From: Candidatus Multivoradales bacterium | Lineage (GTDB): Bacteria; Acidobacteriota; Thermoanaerobaculia; Multivoradales; JAHEKO01 | Reading direction: 5' to 3' | DNA: 64,000 nt | Assembly: GCA_965223855.1 (NCBI GenBank) | Contig: CBDCXM010000008.1 | Span: forward strand, 128,001 to 192,000 | In this document: in pieces, positions 1 through 9,138 of the stretch | Layout: each line of letters opens with the position of its first letter | Position numbering within the stretch: position 1 is the first letter of the stretch | Notes under the pieces: model-generated | Seen by the model: the letters and a program-made list of their open reading frames with translations, nothing else | Told to the model about the DNA's origin: nothing | Databases searched by the model: none | Translations under genes and position numbers: made by a program

Positions 1-574
1 GCTCGTTGACGAGGAAGAAGATCGAGTTGATGAAGCTCGCGCCCGCCTCCATCGCCGCCGAGTTGACCTCCATCAGCATGTCGACCTTCTCCGAGATCGG
101 CACGTCGAAGGCACTCTTCCCGATCGGCGTCTTCCAGGCGACCTCACCGACCCCCTTGACCGGAGCGAGCTTGACCGGCTCCTTCTGCACCTTCGCGTTG
201 GCCTTGGCGATCGCCGCCGCCTGCTCGGCGGCGCGGGCGATCGAGTCCTTGTCCACCACGGAGGTCGCGGCGAAGCCCCAGGTGCCGTCGACGATCACCC
301 TCACGCCGGCGCCGTACGATTCGGTGTTGACGAGGTTCTGAACCTTGTCCTCGCGAGTGACGACGAACTGGTTGAGGTAGCGACCGATCCGCACGTCGGC
401 GTAGGTCGCCCCCTTGCCGCGCGCGGCGTTCAGTGCCGCGTCGGCCAGCACCTTCTTGTCGGCCGCCGGAATGGGTGTGGTGGCACCGTAGAGCGTCCGA
501 GGCTGTCCGAGCACAGGGACGACGAGCGCTCCCATGCCGACGCCGCTCAGGCGCAGAAAGTCGCGTCTGTCCAA
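1..574 (-). CDS. tldD: TldD/PmbA family metalloprotease, N-terminal part (runs off the window edge), with a Tat-like signal
   Basis: Read by hand on the minus strand. AGGAGG RBS, TTG start, then MDRRDFLRLSGVG...GATYADVRIGRYLNQFVVTREDKVQNLVNTESYGAGVRVIVDGTWGFAAT, a typical TldD N-terminus. Confidence 0.85.
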   Translation of the reverse strand, partial: MDRRDFLRLSGVGMGALVVPVLGQPRTLYGATTPIPAADKKVLADAALNAARGKGATYADVRIGRYLNQFVVTREDKVQNLVNTESYGAGVRVIVDGTWGFAATSVVDKDSIARAAEQAAAIAKANAKVQKEPVKLAPVKGVGEVAWKTPIGKSAFDVPISEKVDMLMEVNSAAMEAGASFINSIFFLVNE

Positions 575-849
575 AACCTGACCTCCTTAGGGCGTTGCTT
601 GACTGCAGTTGCTGGTCCGGGGCAGACCCGACCGGGTCGACTCCGCTGACTCCTGATGACTAGTTACGACCGAGGGCGGCTCGGGTTTCCTCCGTCGGCG
701 ACCTCGAGCATTCTAAGGCACTGTTCGCCCCTGCTGATCAACGCTTCGAAACCGGGCCGGTTCCGCGATTCCGCCTGCATCTCCGACGGGACGCCGCTGC
801 TACACTGAAGCGTCGGAACCGACCGCTCGGAACCGGAAAGGAACCCACC

Positions 850-1503
850 ATGAAGGCACTGACCCTCGCCCTGGGCGTCGCTCTCGCCGCCCCCGCCATC
901 GTCCTCGCCGCCGGCGGCTCGACCGCCGTCACCCCGGAGCTCTCGCCCGAACAGGAGGCGATCGAGGACTACAACTCGGGCCTCAAGCTCAACCAGGAGG
1001 GGCGCGAGCTGCTGGAACGGGCCGCGGCGGCGGAGGACGGCAAGGAGCGCGACAAGCTGCTGGCGAAGGCCGAGAAGGCATTCTCGAAGGCCTCGCGACG
1101 CTTCGAGAGCGCCATCAGCGCCAAGGACGACCTCTACCAGGCTCACACCAGCCTCGGCTACGCGCTGCGCAAGCTCGGCGATTACGAACAGGCGGTCGCC
1201 GCCTACGACCGGGCGCTGGCGATCAACCCCGGCTACGGCGAAGCGATCGAATATCGTGGCGAGGCCTACCTCCATCTCGATCAACTCGAGGCGGCCAAGG
1301 ATGCCTACATGCAGCTCTTCCGCGACGACCGCGAGCACGCCTCGATGCTGATGGAGGCGATGCGGGGCTGGGTCGAGGATCGCCGGGAGTCGGGCAGCGT
1401 CGACGCGGCGATGATCGACGCCTTCGAGGCATGGATCGCCGAGCGCGGCGAAGCGTCGGCGCAGGTCGGCGACCCGGAGTTCCACATCGCCCGTCGCTGG
1501 TAG
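850..1503 (+). CDS. Secreted tetratricopeptide repeat protein
   Basis: Signal peptide MKALTLALGVALAAP; TPR consensus in AHTSLGYALRKLGDYEQAVAAYDRALAINP; AGGA RBS. Confidence 0.85.
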   Translation: MKALTLALGVALAAPAIVLAAGGSTAVTPELSPEQEAIEDYNSGLKLNQEGRELLERAAAAEDGKERDKLLAKAEKAFSKASRRFESAISAKDDLYQAHTSLGYALRKLGDYEQAVAAYDRALAINPGYGEAIEYRGEAYLHLDQLEAAKDAYMQLFRDDREHASMLMEAMRGWVEDRRESGSVDAAMIDAFEAWIAERGEASAQVGDPEFHIARRW

Positions 1504-1678
1504 GCGACCTCCGGCTGGCGCCGCGCACCTTGCGGTAGCCGTCGTCGCAGCGTTCTCCTTCGCCGGCCTCGCCGGCACCGGCGGAGGAGGCCTCGTCGCC
1601 GAAGGAAGCCCGGAAAACGGATTCGAGTGGGACCTTCCGGCCGGGTTCCCGACGCCGCTCGTTCCCGAGGAGAACCCG

Positions 1679-2701
1679 ATGTCGACCGCCAAGGTCGAGC
1701 TCGGCCGCCGGCTGTTCCACGACACCGCCCTTTCGGGAAACCGAACCCAGTCGTGCGCCACCTGCCACCGCCCCGATCTCGCCTTCACGGACGGCCGGGA
1801 TCAGGCGGTGGGATCGACCGGAGAGCTGCACCCGAGAGGTGCGATGTCGCTCGTCAACGTCGCCTACGCCCGCAATCTCAACTGGGCCGACCCCGTCACC
1901 CGGTCGCTCGAGGAGCAGATGCTGACCCCGCTTTTCGGCGAGCACCCGGTAGAGCTGGGGCTCGCCGACCGGGAGGACGAACTGATCGAGCGCCTTCGCC
2001 GGCACCCCGGCTACGTGGAGTCGTTCGCGGCGGCGTTCCCGGCGGAGGCCGAGCCGGTGGCGGTCCCCAACGTGGTGAAGGCGATCGCCGCCTTCGAGCG
2101 AACCCTCATCTCGGGCAACTCGGCCTACGACCGCTGGCTCTTCCACGACGAGCCGATGTCGGAGAGCTCCATGCGCGGCATGCGCCTCTTCTTCTCCGAG
2201 CGATTGGCGTGCTCCGAGTGCCACAGCGGGATCAATCTCTCGGGGCCGATCGTCTCGGTCGAGCAGCCCGACGCGGAGCCCGAGTTTCACAACACCGGCC
2301 TCTACAACCTGGACGGAGCGGGCGCCTACCCGCGGGGCAACCGCGGACTGTTCGACCACACCGGCCGGCCGGAGGACGTCGGACGCTTCCGGGCACCGAC
2401 GCTGCGCAACATCGCGATCACGGCTCCCTACATGCACGACGGCAGCATCGCCACGCTCGACGCGGTTCTCGACCACTACGCCGCCGGAGGGCGCAACCTC
2501 GGGCTCGGTGAAGCGGCCGGTCACAATCCGCTCAAGAGCGAGGCCGTCGCCGGATTCGATCTGACCTCCGCGGAGAGGGCCGACATGCTCGCCTTTCTCC
2601 ACGCCCTGACCAGCCACGACCCGGGTGGCAGCGAGCTGGACGGCGGCTTCGCGACGCCGCCGAGCGGCGGCCTGCTGGACGATGGCTCAGGGCCGCGATA
2701 G
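1679..2701 (+). CDS. Di-heme cytochrome c peroxidase/MauG superfamily, MbnH-like; true start probably near 1500
   Basis: Two CxxCH motifs (CATCH, CSECH), FRAPTLRNIAITAPYMHDGS and EFHNTGLYN. The frame stays open upstream through FEWDLPAGFPTP and a hydrophobic signal-like stretch. Confidence 0.85.
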   Translation: MSTAKVELGRRLFHDTALSGNRTQSCATCHRPDLAFTDGRDQAVGSTGELHPRGAMSLVNVAYARNLNWADPVTRSLEEQMLTPLFGEHPVELGLADREDELIERLRRHPGYVESFAAAFPAEAEPVAVPNVVKAIAAFERTLISGNSAYDRWLFHDEPMSESSMRGMRLFFSERLACSECHSGINLSGPIVSVEQPDAEPEFHNTGLYNLDGAGAYPRGNRGLFDHTGRPEDVGRFRAPTLRNIAITAPYMHDGSIATLDAVLDHYAAGGRNLGLGEAAGHNPLKSEAVAGFDLTSAERADMLAFLHALTSHDPGGSELDGGFATPPSGGLLDDGSGPR

Positions 2702-2718
2702 CTTCCCACCCACTGTCC

Positions 2719-4548
2719 ATGAGCGATCCCCAACCGATCACCGACGTAGCACCGCCCTCGCGCTATATCGAGAAGGTCAGTCTCTCCACCGGCGAACCCC
2801 TCGACGAGCCGATCGAGCCGCGCCAACTGCTCGTCCACAATCACCGCGACTACCACCTGGTCGACGTCTACGCCCGCAACATGATGAGCCGGGTCGTTCG
2901 GGCGACCGGGGACGAGGAAGAGGCACGGCAGCGGATGAAGCGCCGGCGCCGGCTCGGCCATCGGACCGCCAAAGGGCTGGCGAAGATGATCGGCAGCGAC
3001 GATCCCGACGGGCTGGCGAAGAAGCTCTTCGGCCTCAAGGAGCGCGAGTACTACTTCCGATTCCGCAAAGCGCCCCACTCCGAGCAGGAGGTGCGAGAGC
3101 GGCTATGGGAGCTGCGCGAGGCTGCGCGCGACCGCTACCGGGAGATGATCGAGAAGGGCGGCGGCGTAAGGGTGCTCCTGACCGGTGGCACCGGCTTCGT
3201 CGGAAAGGAGATCCTCTGGCAGGTGGCCCACGATCCGGAAATTCGGGAGGTCGTCGTCCTCATCCGGCCGAAGGAGATCCGCGACCGCAAGAGCGGCGAG
3301 GTCGTCGAGACGCTCTCCCCTTCCGAGCGCGGTGAGACCCTGCTCGATCAGCTCTGGCTCGACACGCCCGACGAGCGCGCCAAGTTCCGCTTCGTCGCCG
3401 GCGACGTCGAGCAGCCCCGGCTCGGGCTCGCCGACGACGAGGTCGAGCGCCTCGAGGGGTCCCTCACCCACGTTATCCACTGCGCCGCCAGCGTCGCCTT
3501 CGACGACCCCTACGAGGCGTCCTTCCGCGCCAACGTCCTCGGCACGCTGAACGCCCTGCGGTTCTCGCTCCGGCTCCAGGAAGCCGAGGGAAGCCCCTTC
3601 GTCGCCCACCTCGGCATCGAGACGTCCTACATCCACGGGCGGCAGACCAAGGATCCGTCGCGCGAAGACGAGGTGGTCTTCCCGCGCAACTTCTACAACA
3701 ACTACTACGAGCTGACGAAGGCGATGGCGTCGATCGACACCGAGCGCTTCATGCTCGACAAGGGGCTGCGGGTCGTGCAGCTGTGTCCGGCGATTGTCAT
3801 CGGCGAGCTGGCGACCGGCAACAACCGGGGCGACACCAAGGTGGTCAACGCTCCGGTCAACGTCTTCGGTCGCGCCAAGGAGGCGCTCACGTCGACGTCG
3901 GGGCGGTGGCGCGACCGTTCGAGTGCCGCCGCCATTGCGCGGCTCGCCTGCGTCTTCCCCGGCGATCCCTCCGCCGAGATCAACCTCATCCCGGTCGACC
4001 GGGTCGTCGCCGGGATCGTCGCCGCCCTCAAGCGCCCGAAAGCGGTGGGCCACCGGATCCACCTGGCGACCGACAAGCGGATCCGCTCCGAGGCGATTCG
4101 CGACATCGTCGGCGAGGAGATCGGGGTCAAGGTCACTCTGGCCGAGCCCACCCTCCACCGCAACGTCACGCTGCCGCTCCTGACCAAGGTGCTGCGCCGC
4201 GTCCGCCAGGAGCGAATCGGCAACGCTCTCGAGAAGCTGGGCACCATCTTCGGCGGCTACAGCGAATGGGGTCAGCCGCAGCACGAAGTCGGCAAGGACG
4301 TGACGGTGCTCGGTCTCGCGCCGCAGCGCCCCGACTCCGAGCACGCCTTCAGGATGCTGTGCCGCCACAACCGCTACGTCCAGGACTTCGGCCAGGTTCG
4401 CGACCTCGACGAGATCTCGAGGCGCGAGCGCCTGTGGAGGGAGTTCCTGATCGAGTTGGAATACGAAACGGGAACTGAGCCCGGAGCCCTGTCGGCAGAG
4501 GCGTTCGCGGCCGAGGTCGGGCGCTACGAGGCGGCGCTCTCCGCCTGA
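2719..4548 (+). CDS. Extended SDR / fatty acyl-CoA reductase-like protein (NAD_binding_4) with an N-terminal extension
   Basis: LLTGGTGFVGK Rossmann motif, GDVEQPRLGL, VIHCAASVAF and a YELTK (YxxxK) catalytic motif. Confidence 0.8.
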   Translation: MSDPQPITDVAPPSRYIEKVSLSTGEPLDEPIEPRQLLVHNHRDYHLVDVYARNMMSRVVRATGDEEEARQRMKRRRRLGHRTAKGLAKMIGSDDPDGLAKKLFGLKEREYYFRFRKAPHSEQEVRERLWELREAARDRYREMIEKGGGVRVLLTGGTGFVGKEILWQVAHDPEIREVVVLIRPKEIRDRKSGEVVETLSPSERGETLLDQLWLDTPDERAKFRFVAGDVEQPRLGLADDEVERLEGSLTHVIHCAASVAFDDPYEASFRANVLGTLNALRFSLRLQEAEGSPFVAHLGIETSYIHGRQTKDPSREDEVVFPRNFYNNYYELTKAMASIDTERFMLDKGLRVVQLCPAIVIGELATGNNRGDTKVVNAPVNVFGRAKEALTSTSGRWRDRSSAAAIARLACVFPGDPSAEINLIPVDRVVAGIVAALKRPKAVGHRIHLATDKRIRSEAIRDIVGEEIGVKVTLAEPTLHRNVTLPLLTKVLRRVRQERIGNALEKLGTIFGGYSEWGQPQHEVGKDVTVLGLAPQRPDSEHAFRMLCRHNRYVQDFGQVRDLDEISRRERLWREFLIELEYETGTEPGALSAEAFAAEVGRYEAALSA

Positions 4549-4647
4549 CCGGGGATCGATCGACAAGAGCCGGCCGCACGCCCCAGTCGACGGCCGGCTC
4601 CCGGCCCCGGGGCCGGATGCTCCTGGAGGGGTAGGATCGAGACCGAC

Positions 4648-6114
4648 ATGACCCCCGAGACCTCCGCAGGGCGACCGCTCTACGGCCTCGATGACCGGCC
4701 GCCGCCGGGCAAGGCGGTCGTGCTCGGCGCTCAGCACGTGCTGACGATGTTCGGCGCCACGGTCTCGGTGCCGCTGCTGCTCGGCCCCGCCATGGGGATG
4801 TCGCCGGCGGAGACCGCGGTCCTGATCTCCTCGGTCATGCTCGCTTCCGGGATCGCCACGCTGCTCCAGACCACCATCGGCTCGCGGCTGCCGATCGTCC
4901 AGGGAGTCTCGTTCTCCTTTCTCGCCGCCTTCTTCCTCATCATCGGCGAAGCGACCTCCGAGGCGGCCGCTACCGGCGTTGCGCCAGGGCCGCTGGCGAT
5001 GCGGTACATCGGCGGCGCAGTGATCGCCGGCGCTCTGATCGAGATGACGATCGGCTTCAGCGGGCTCGCGGGCATGTTGAGGCGAGTGCTCAGCCCGGTC
5101 GTCGTCGGCCCGGTGATCATGCTCGTCGGCCTGGCGCTCTTCCAGCATGGCGCACCGAAGGCCGGCACCCACTGGCCCACGGCCGGAGCGACGATCCTCC
5201 TCGTGATCGTCTTCTCTCTCGTGCTGTCGAGACGCAGCCGCCTGTTCCGCCTGTTCCCGATCCTCATCGCGGTCGGAGCGGTGACCACGCTGTGCTGGCT
5301 CCTCTCGGCAGGAGGGTTCTATCCCCCCGGACATCCCGCTCATGTCGGGCTTGCCACGGCGCAAAGCGCCGAATGGCTGCGGTTCGACCTGCTCTTCCCG
5401 TGGGGGGCGCCGAAGTTCCACGCCGGCTTCTTCTTTGCCGTCCTCGCCGGCTACCTCGCCTCGACGATCGAGTCGATCGGCGACTACCACGCCTGCGCGC
5501 ACATGGCGGGTGCCGGAGACCCGACCGCCCGACAGATCTCCCGTGGCATCGGGGCCGAGGGAGTCGGATGCGCCGTCACCGGTCTGGTGGGCGGATTCGC
5601 CTCGACCTCCTATTCGGAGAACATCGGCCTCGTGGGTCTGACAAAGGTCGCCTCCCTCCACGTCGTCAGGATCGGAGCGGTGCTTCTCGTGCTGCTCGGC
5701 ATCTTCGGGAAGTTCGGCGGCCTCGCCGCAGCGATCCCCGGCCCCGTGGTCGGCGGTCTCTACTGCGCGCTCTTCGGCCTGATCGCGGCGATCGGGGTCC
5801 AGCAGCTGGCTCGCGCCGACCTGACGAGCGATCGCAATCTCTTCATCGCCGGATTCAGCCTCTTCATGGGGTTGTCGATCCCCGCCTACTTCGCCGCAGC
5901 CACAGGCGATCTGCAGCCGGGGCAGACGATGGCCAGCTATCTGCCGACGGCCCAGGGGCTCCTGAGCAGCCTGCCCGGCCCGCTGGCGAGCATCGTCGTC
6001 TCGATCGGGTCGACCGGAATGGCCGTCGCCGCTGTGATCGGTATCGCCCTCGACAACCTCGTCCCCGGCACGGATCGGGAACGGGGGCTCGAGGGTTCTT
6101 CAGCAGGCTCTTAG
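4648..6114 (+). CDS. NCS2 (uracil/xanthine/ascorbate) permease
   Basis: AQHVLTMFG, GSRLPIVQGVSF, ESIGDY and the signature SYSENIGLVGLTKVAS; many TM segments. Confidence 0.92.
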   Translation: MTPETSAGRPLYGLDDRPPPGKAVVLGAQHVLTMFGATVSVPLLLGPAMGMSPAETAVLISSVMLASGIATLLQTTIGSRLPIVQGVSFSFLAAFFLIIGEATSEAAATGVAPGPLAMRYIGGAVIAGALIEMTIGFSGLAGMLRRVLSPVVVGPVIMLVGLALFQHGAPKAGTHWPTAGATILLVIVFSLVLSRRSRLFRLFPILIAVGAVTTLCWLLSAGGFYPPGHPAHVGLATAQSAEWLRFDLLFPWGAPKFHAGFFFAVLAGYLASTIESIGDYHACAHMAGAGDPTARQISRGIGAEGVGCAVTGLVGGFASTSYSENIGLVGLTKVASLHVVRIGAVLLVLLGIFGKFGGLAAAIPGPVVGGLYCALFGLIAAIGVQQLARADLTSDRNLFIAGFSLFMGLSIPAYFAAATGDLQPGQTMASYLPTAQGLLSSLPGPLASIVVSIGSTGMAVAAVIGIALDNLVPGTDRERGLEGSSAGS

Positions 6115-6309
6115 CCTGGACGTCTCACGCCGGTGGGCCCTGGAAGGCCGTAGGTTGCTGAAGATACAAGGCTTCCGGTCGCGAGCACCGCAGGCATAGC
6201 CGTAGCTACGTCGAGGAGCGAAGGGGCCGGGCAACGCAGTAGATTCAGTGACATACGGTCTTCCTGAGCAGTCCGGTGAACCTTGCGGCGGCATGAGACG
6301 TTCAGGCTA
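6112..6309 (+). repeat. Long-hairpin palindromic repeat element, copy 1 (ERIC/RPE-like MITE)
   Basis: Core GTAGGTTGCTGAAGATACAAGGCTTCCGGTCGCGAGCACCG...GCATAGCCGTAGCTACGTCGAGGAGCG...AACGCAGTAGATTCAGTGAC is shared with the copies at 35.7 kb and 50.1 kb. Ends are TAGCCTG...CAGGCTA. Confidence 0.9.
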
Positions 6310-8757
6310 GGGCGCGGTCTGCCAGCGGTCGAGGCCGGAGGCAGCCCCCTCGAGCCCGAAGAGCTCGGCGAGCAGAACCTCGACGCGGTTGCCCCAGCTG
6401 CCGACGTCGGTGCCGTCCCACACCTCACCGCCCACGAGCGCGATCCCCGCGGCAGCGAGACGCTCCCAGCCGTCGAGGGATCCGGTCCGCACATCCCACG
6501 ACTCGTAAGGGCTGTGCAGATCCCAACGGCCCCACTCGAGGTAGCCGCGCACCGGCGTCGACTCCGCGTCGAACTCTTCGAGGAGACCGTCGAGGTGGGC
6601 CATCTGGGTGTCGAGCATCAGCAGGCTCTGCACCCCGAAAGCCGAGAAGAGATCGGGGTGCTGGAGCGTGGTCATCACCGCGGGGCCCGAAGAGAAACCC
6701 ATGCCGACGTTGGCGCGGCCCTCCCGGCCGGCGATCGTACGGAACCGCTGGTCGAACTCGGGCACGAACTGCGAAGCGAACAGCGCTCCGACCCCCGGCA
6801 TCCGGGGCAGCTGCAGCTCGACCGCGATCAGCGGGCGCACCCGGCTTCCCACCGACGCTTCGAGAGCCGCCGGCCACGCCATCGACTCGAAGGCTCCGGG
6901 CTGGTGCACGTACACGACTGGATAGCGCTCGTCGCCGTCCTCGTAGCCGGGCGGAAGCCAGACGCGAGCCTGCACCGCGATCGGTTCCGGAGCCTCGACT
7001 TCCCCTTCCGTCTCGGCGCCGTCACCCTCCGGAGTCGGAGGCTGGAGGGAGATCTCGATCTGCTCGACGGTTCCGCCCCCCTCACCCGCGCCGGTGTCGG
7101 CGCGTCCCGGCCACTCGGGCCCGGCGTACCACGACACCGACATGGGCGGCCCGAAGTTGAAGTTCATGTCGGGCCCCAGAAGAGTGCTGAGCCCGTGACG
7201 CTCGTGCGCCGGATCGACACGGGGCTGGTAGTCGACGAAGTACAGGTAGCTCACCCTTGCCTTCGGGTCGAGCTCGGTCGACCACCACCACAGATCGGTC
7301 CCCTCGAGCCGCTGCATCGGCTCTTCGGTGCGAGCTCCGATCATCTCCCCCGCCACCGCGACATCGTCGGCCTCGCCGCGATAGAGGAAGACCACCTCGT
7401 CGCCGTCGGCGAGCGGCAGATCTCGATCGGCCAGGAACGCCTCGACCACCGATGAGCGGTCTTCCGCCGCAGCGACTTCGGCGGCCAATCGGGTCAGAAT
7501 CTCCGGCATCGCGGCGGGAGCGTCCGCGCTGCGCTTGCGATCGCGCCGCACCAGATCGACCCGCGCGATCTCCGTCAGGCTGCGGGCGTAAATCGCCTCC
7601 CCGGCGTGACTCGGAGGAGTCCACGCGAGGTCGTCAAAGAGCGGAACGCGACTCGACTCCTGCCATCCGTCGGTGCTCGCGGCACCGAGATGGAGACTCC
7701 CGGCTTTCGCCAGCACGGCGAGCTGGCCTCCGACATTGACGAGGAAACCGTCCCCCGGCTCCCGCGAGCGCCACAGAAGCTCGCCGGTCGCCGGATCCAC
7801 CGCGCTGAGGAATCGCGCGGTATACCCGTAGAGCGCCTGCGCGCCTGTCGTCGGTGGGCTGTAGCTGCGCGACAGCCCCTTGCCCTTGACCGACGCCTCG
7901 GCGCTCCAACCCTCGTCACCCTTCGCGACGGTCACCACGAAGGTCTCCCCGTCCTGGTGCTTGACGAATAGCCGGTCGTCTCCGATCGGCATCGGTGCCT
8001 GGGTCCGGGTTCCCATGATGCCGCCCTCGAGAGGCATCTCCCAGAGAACGCTGCCATCCATCGGATCGAGACCGGCCAGCTTCGCCGAAGCGGCGACCAC
8101 GACCTGAAGCTTGCCGCCCAGCTCCGTCGCCACGGGGGACGGCTGCCCGAGCTGACCCGCTTCGTCGAAGGACTGCCACCTCACGTCGCCGCTCGCCGCA
8201 TCGAGTCCGACGACCGATCCCGAGTCGCCACCGATCTGGACGATGACCAGATCGCCGACGACCAGCGGCGAGCTGCCGAAACCGTAGAACGGTGGGCTCT
8301 TCTCCATCTCCTCGACAAAGTGCTTCGACCAGAGGAGCTCACCGCTCTCGAGGTCCAGAGCGATCCCGGTGCCGTGCGCGCCGACCATGAAGACCCTGCC
8401 GTCGGCGATCGCCGGCGTAGCGATCGGACCGTCATGAGAGCCGTCGTGTCCCTTGTAGGGCGCCGGGAGATCGTGCCGCCACAGCTCGCGACCATCTTCG
8501 AGCGCGAGGGCCACGACGAAGTCGGTCTCGCCCTCGGTCGCCGCGGTGACGAGCCGGTCTCCGGCGATCGCAATCCCCGAGTAGCCGCTCCCAAGAGGGT
8601 GCTTCCACGCGATCTCGAAGTCGAGGAAGCCCTCTCCCTCCGGCAGGCCGCCTTCGACCCGACCGGTGCCGTCGGCACCCCGAAAGCCGGGCCAGTCGGC
8701 CGACAGCGGCATGGCGATCAACAGTAGGCCGAGAACGTAGGTCGCGGTTCTGAACAT
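6307..8757 (-). CDS. Secreted PQQ-like (BamB-type) beta-propeller + Ig/CBM48-like + esterase-fold protein, paralog A
   Basis: Start MFRTATYVLG after a GGAG RBS. Contains DWPGFRG, WKHPLGSGYS, repeated LDxxxGExLW propeller motifs, VVFLYRGEADDVAVAG and RVWLPPGYEDGDERYPVVYV. Confidence 0.85.
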   Translation of the reverse strand: MFRTATYVLGLLLIAMPLSADWPGFRGADGTGRVEGGLPEGEGFLDFEIAWKHPLGSGYSGIAIAGDRLVTAATEGETDFVVALALEDGRELWRHDLPAPYKGHDGSHDGPIATPAIADGRVFMVGAHGTGIALDLESGELLWSKHFVEEMEKSPPFYGFGSSPLVVGDLVIVQIGGDSGSVVGLDAASGDVRWQSFDEAGQLGQPSPVATELGGKLQVVVAASAKLAGLDPMDGSVLWEMPLEGGIMGTRTQAPMPIGDDRLFVKHQDGETFVVTVAKGDEGWSAEASVKGKGLSRSYSPPTTGAQALYGYTARFLSAVDPATGELLWRSREPGDGFLVNVGGQLAVLAKAGSLHLGAASTDGWQESSRVPLFDDLAWTPPSHAGEAIYARSLTEIARVDLVRRDRKRSADAPAAMPEILTRLAAEVAAAEDRSSVVEAFLADRDLPLADGDEVVFLYRGEADDVAVAGEMIGARTEEPMQRLEGTDLWWWSTELDPKARVSYLYFVDYQPRVDPAHERHGLSTLLGPDMNFNFGPPMSVSWYAGPEWPGRADTGAGEGGGTVEQIEISLQPPTPEGDGAETEGEVEAPEPIAVQARVWLPPGYEDGDERYPVVYVHQPGAFESMAWPAALEASVGSRVRPLIAVELQLPRMPGVGALFASQFVPEFDQRFRTIAGREGRANVGMGFSSGPAVMTTLQHPDLFSAFGVQSLLMLDTQMAHLDGLLEEFDAESTPVRGYLEWGRWDLHSPYESWDVRTGSLDGWERLAAAGIALVGGEVWDGTDVGSWGNRVEVLLAELFGLEGAASGLDRWQTAP

Positions 8758-9138
8758 GAAGCGTCTCCTTGGTATGGGAGGCGACTGCAGCCGCCGTCGT
8801 TGGGTTCCGGAGAGGGCGCACTCTACCCCTAACCGCCGCGGGCATCGACACTCCGGCATCTGTACGCTGACAAGCGCGTCGGGTTTCGTGTACGCTTTCC
8901 GTTCCTCGGCGCCAGTGAGCCACCGGAGATCGCCCCTGGCTGGGATCCCGAGCTGCACCGCCGAGAGTCGTGACACCGGAGAGGTCACCCGAAGCACCTC
9001 ACCGGCAAGCGCGCAGCGGGCAGCAGGGACGCTGGCCGCGAGCCTCCAAGGGCTCGAATCACACCGCCAGAGAATGAAACACCGACTCCATGCTCCGCGA
9101 GCGCCCGTGGCCCGCACTTCCGGCGGGTCCATCGCACC

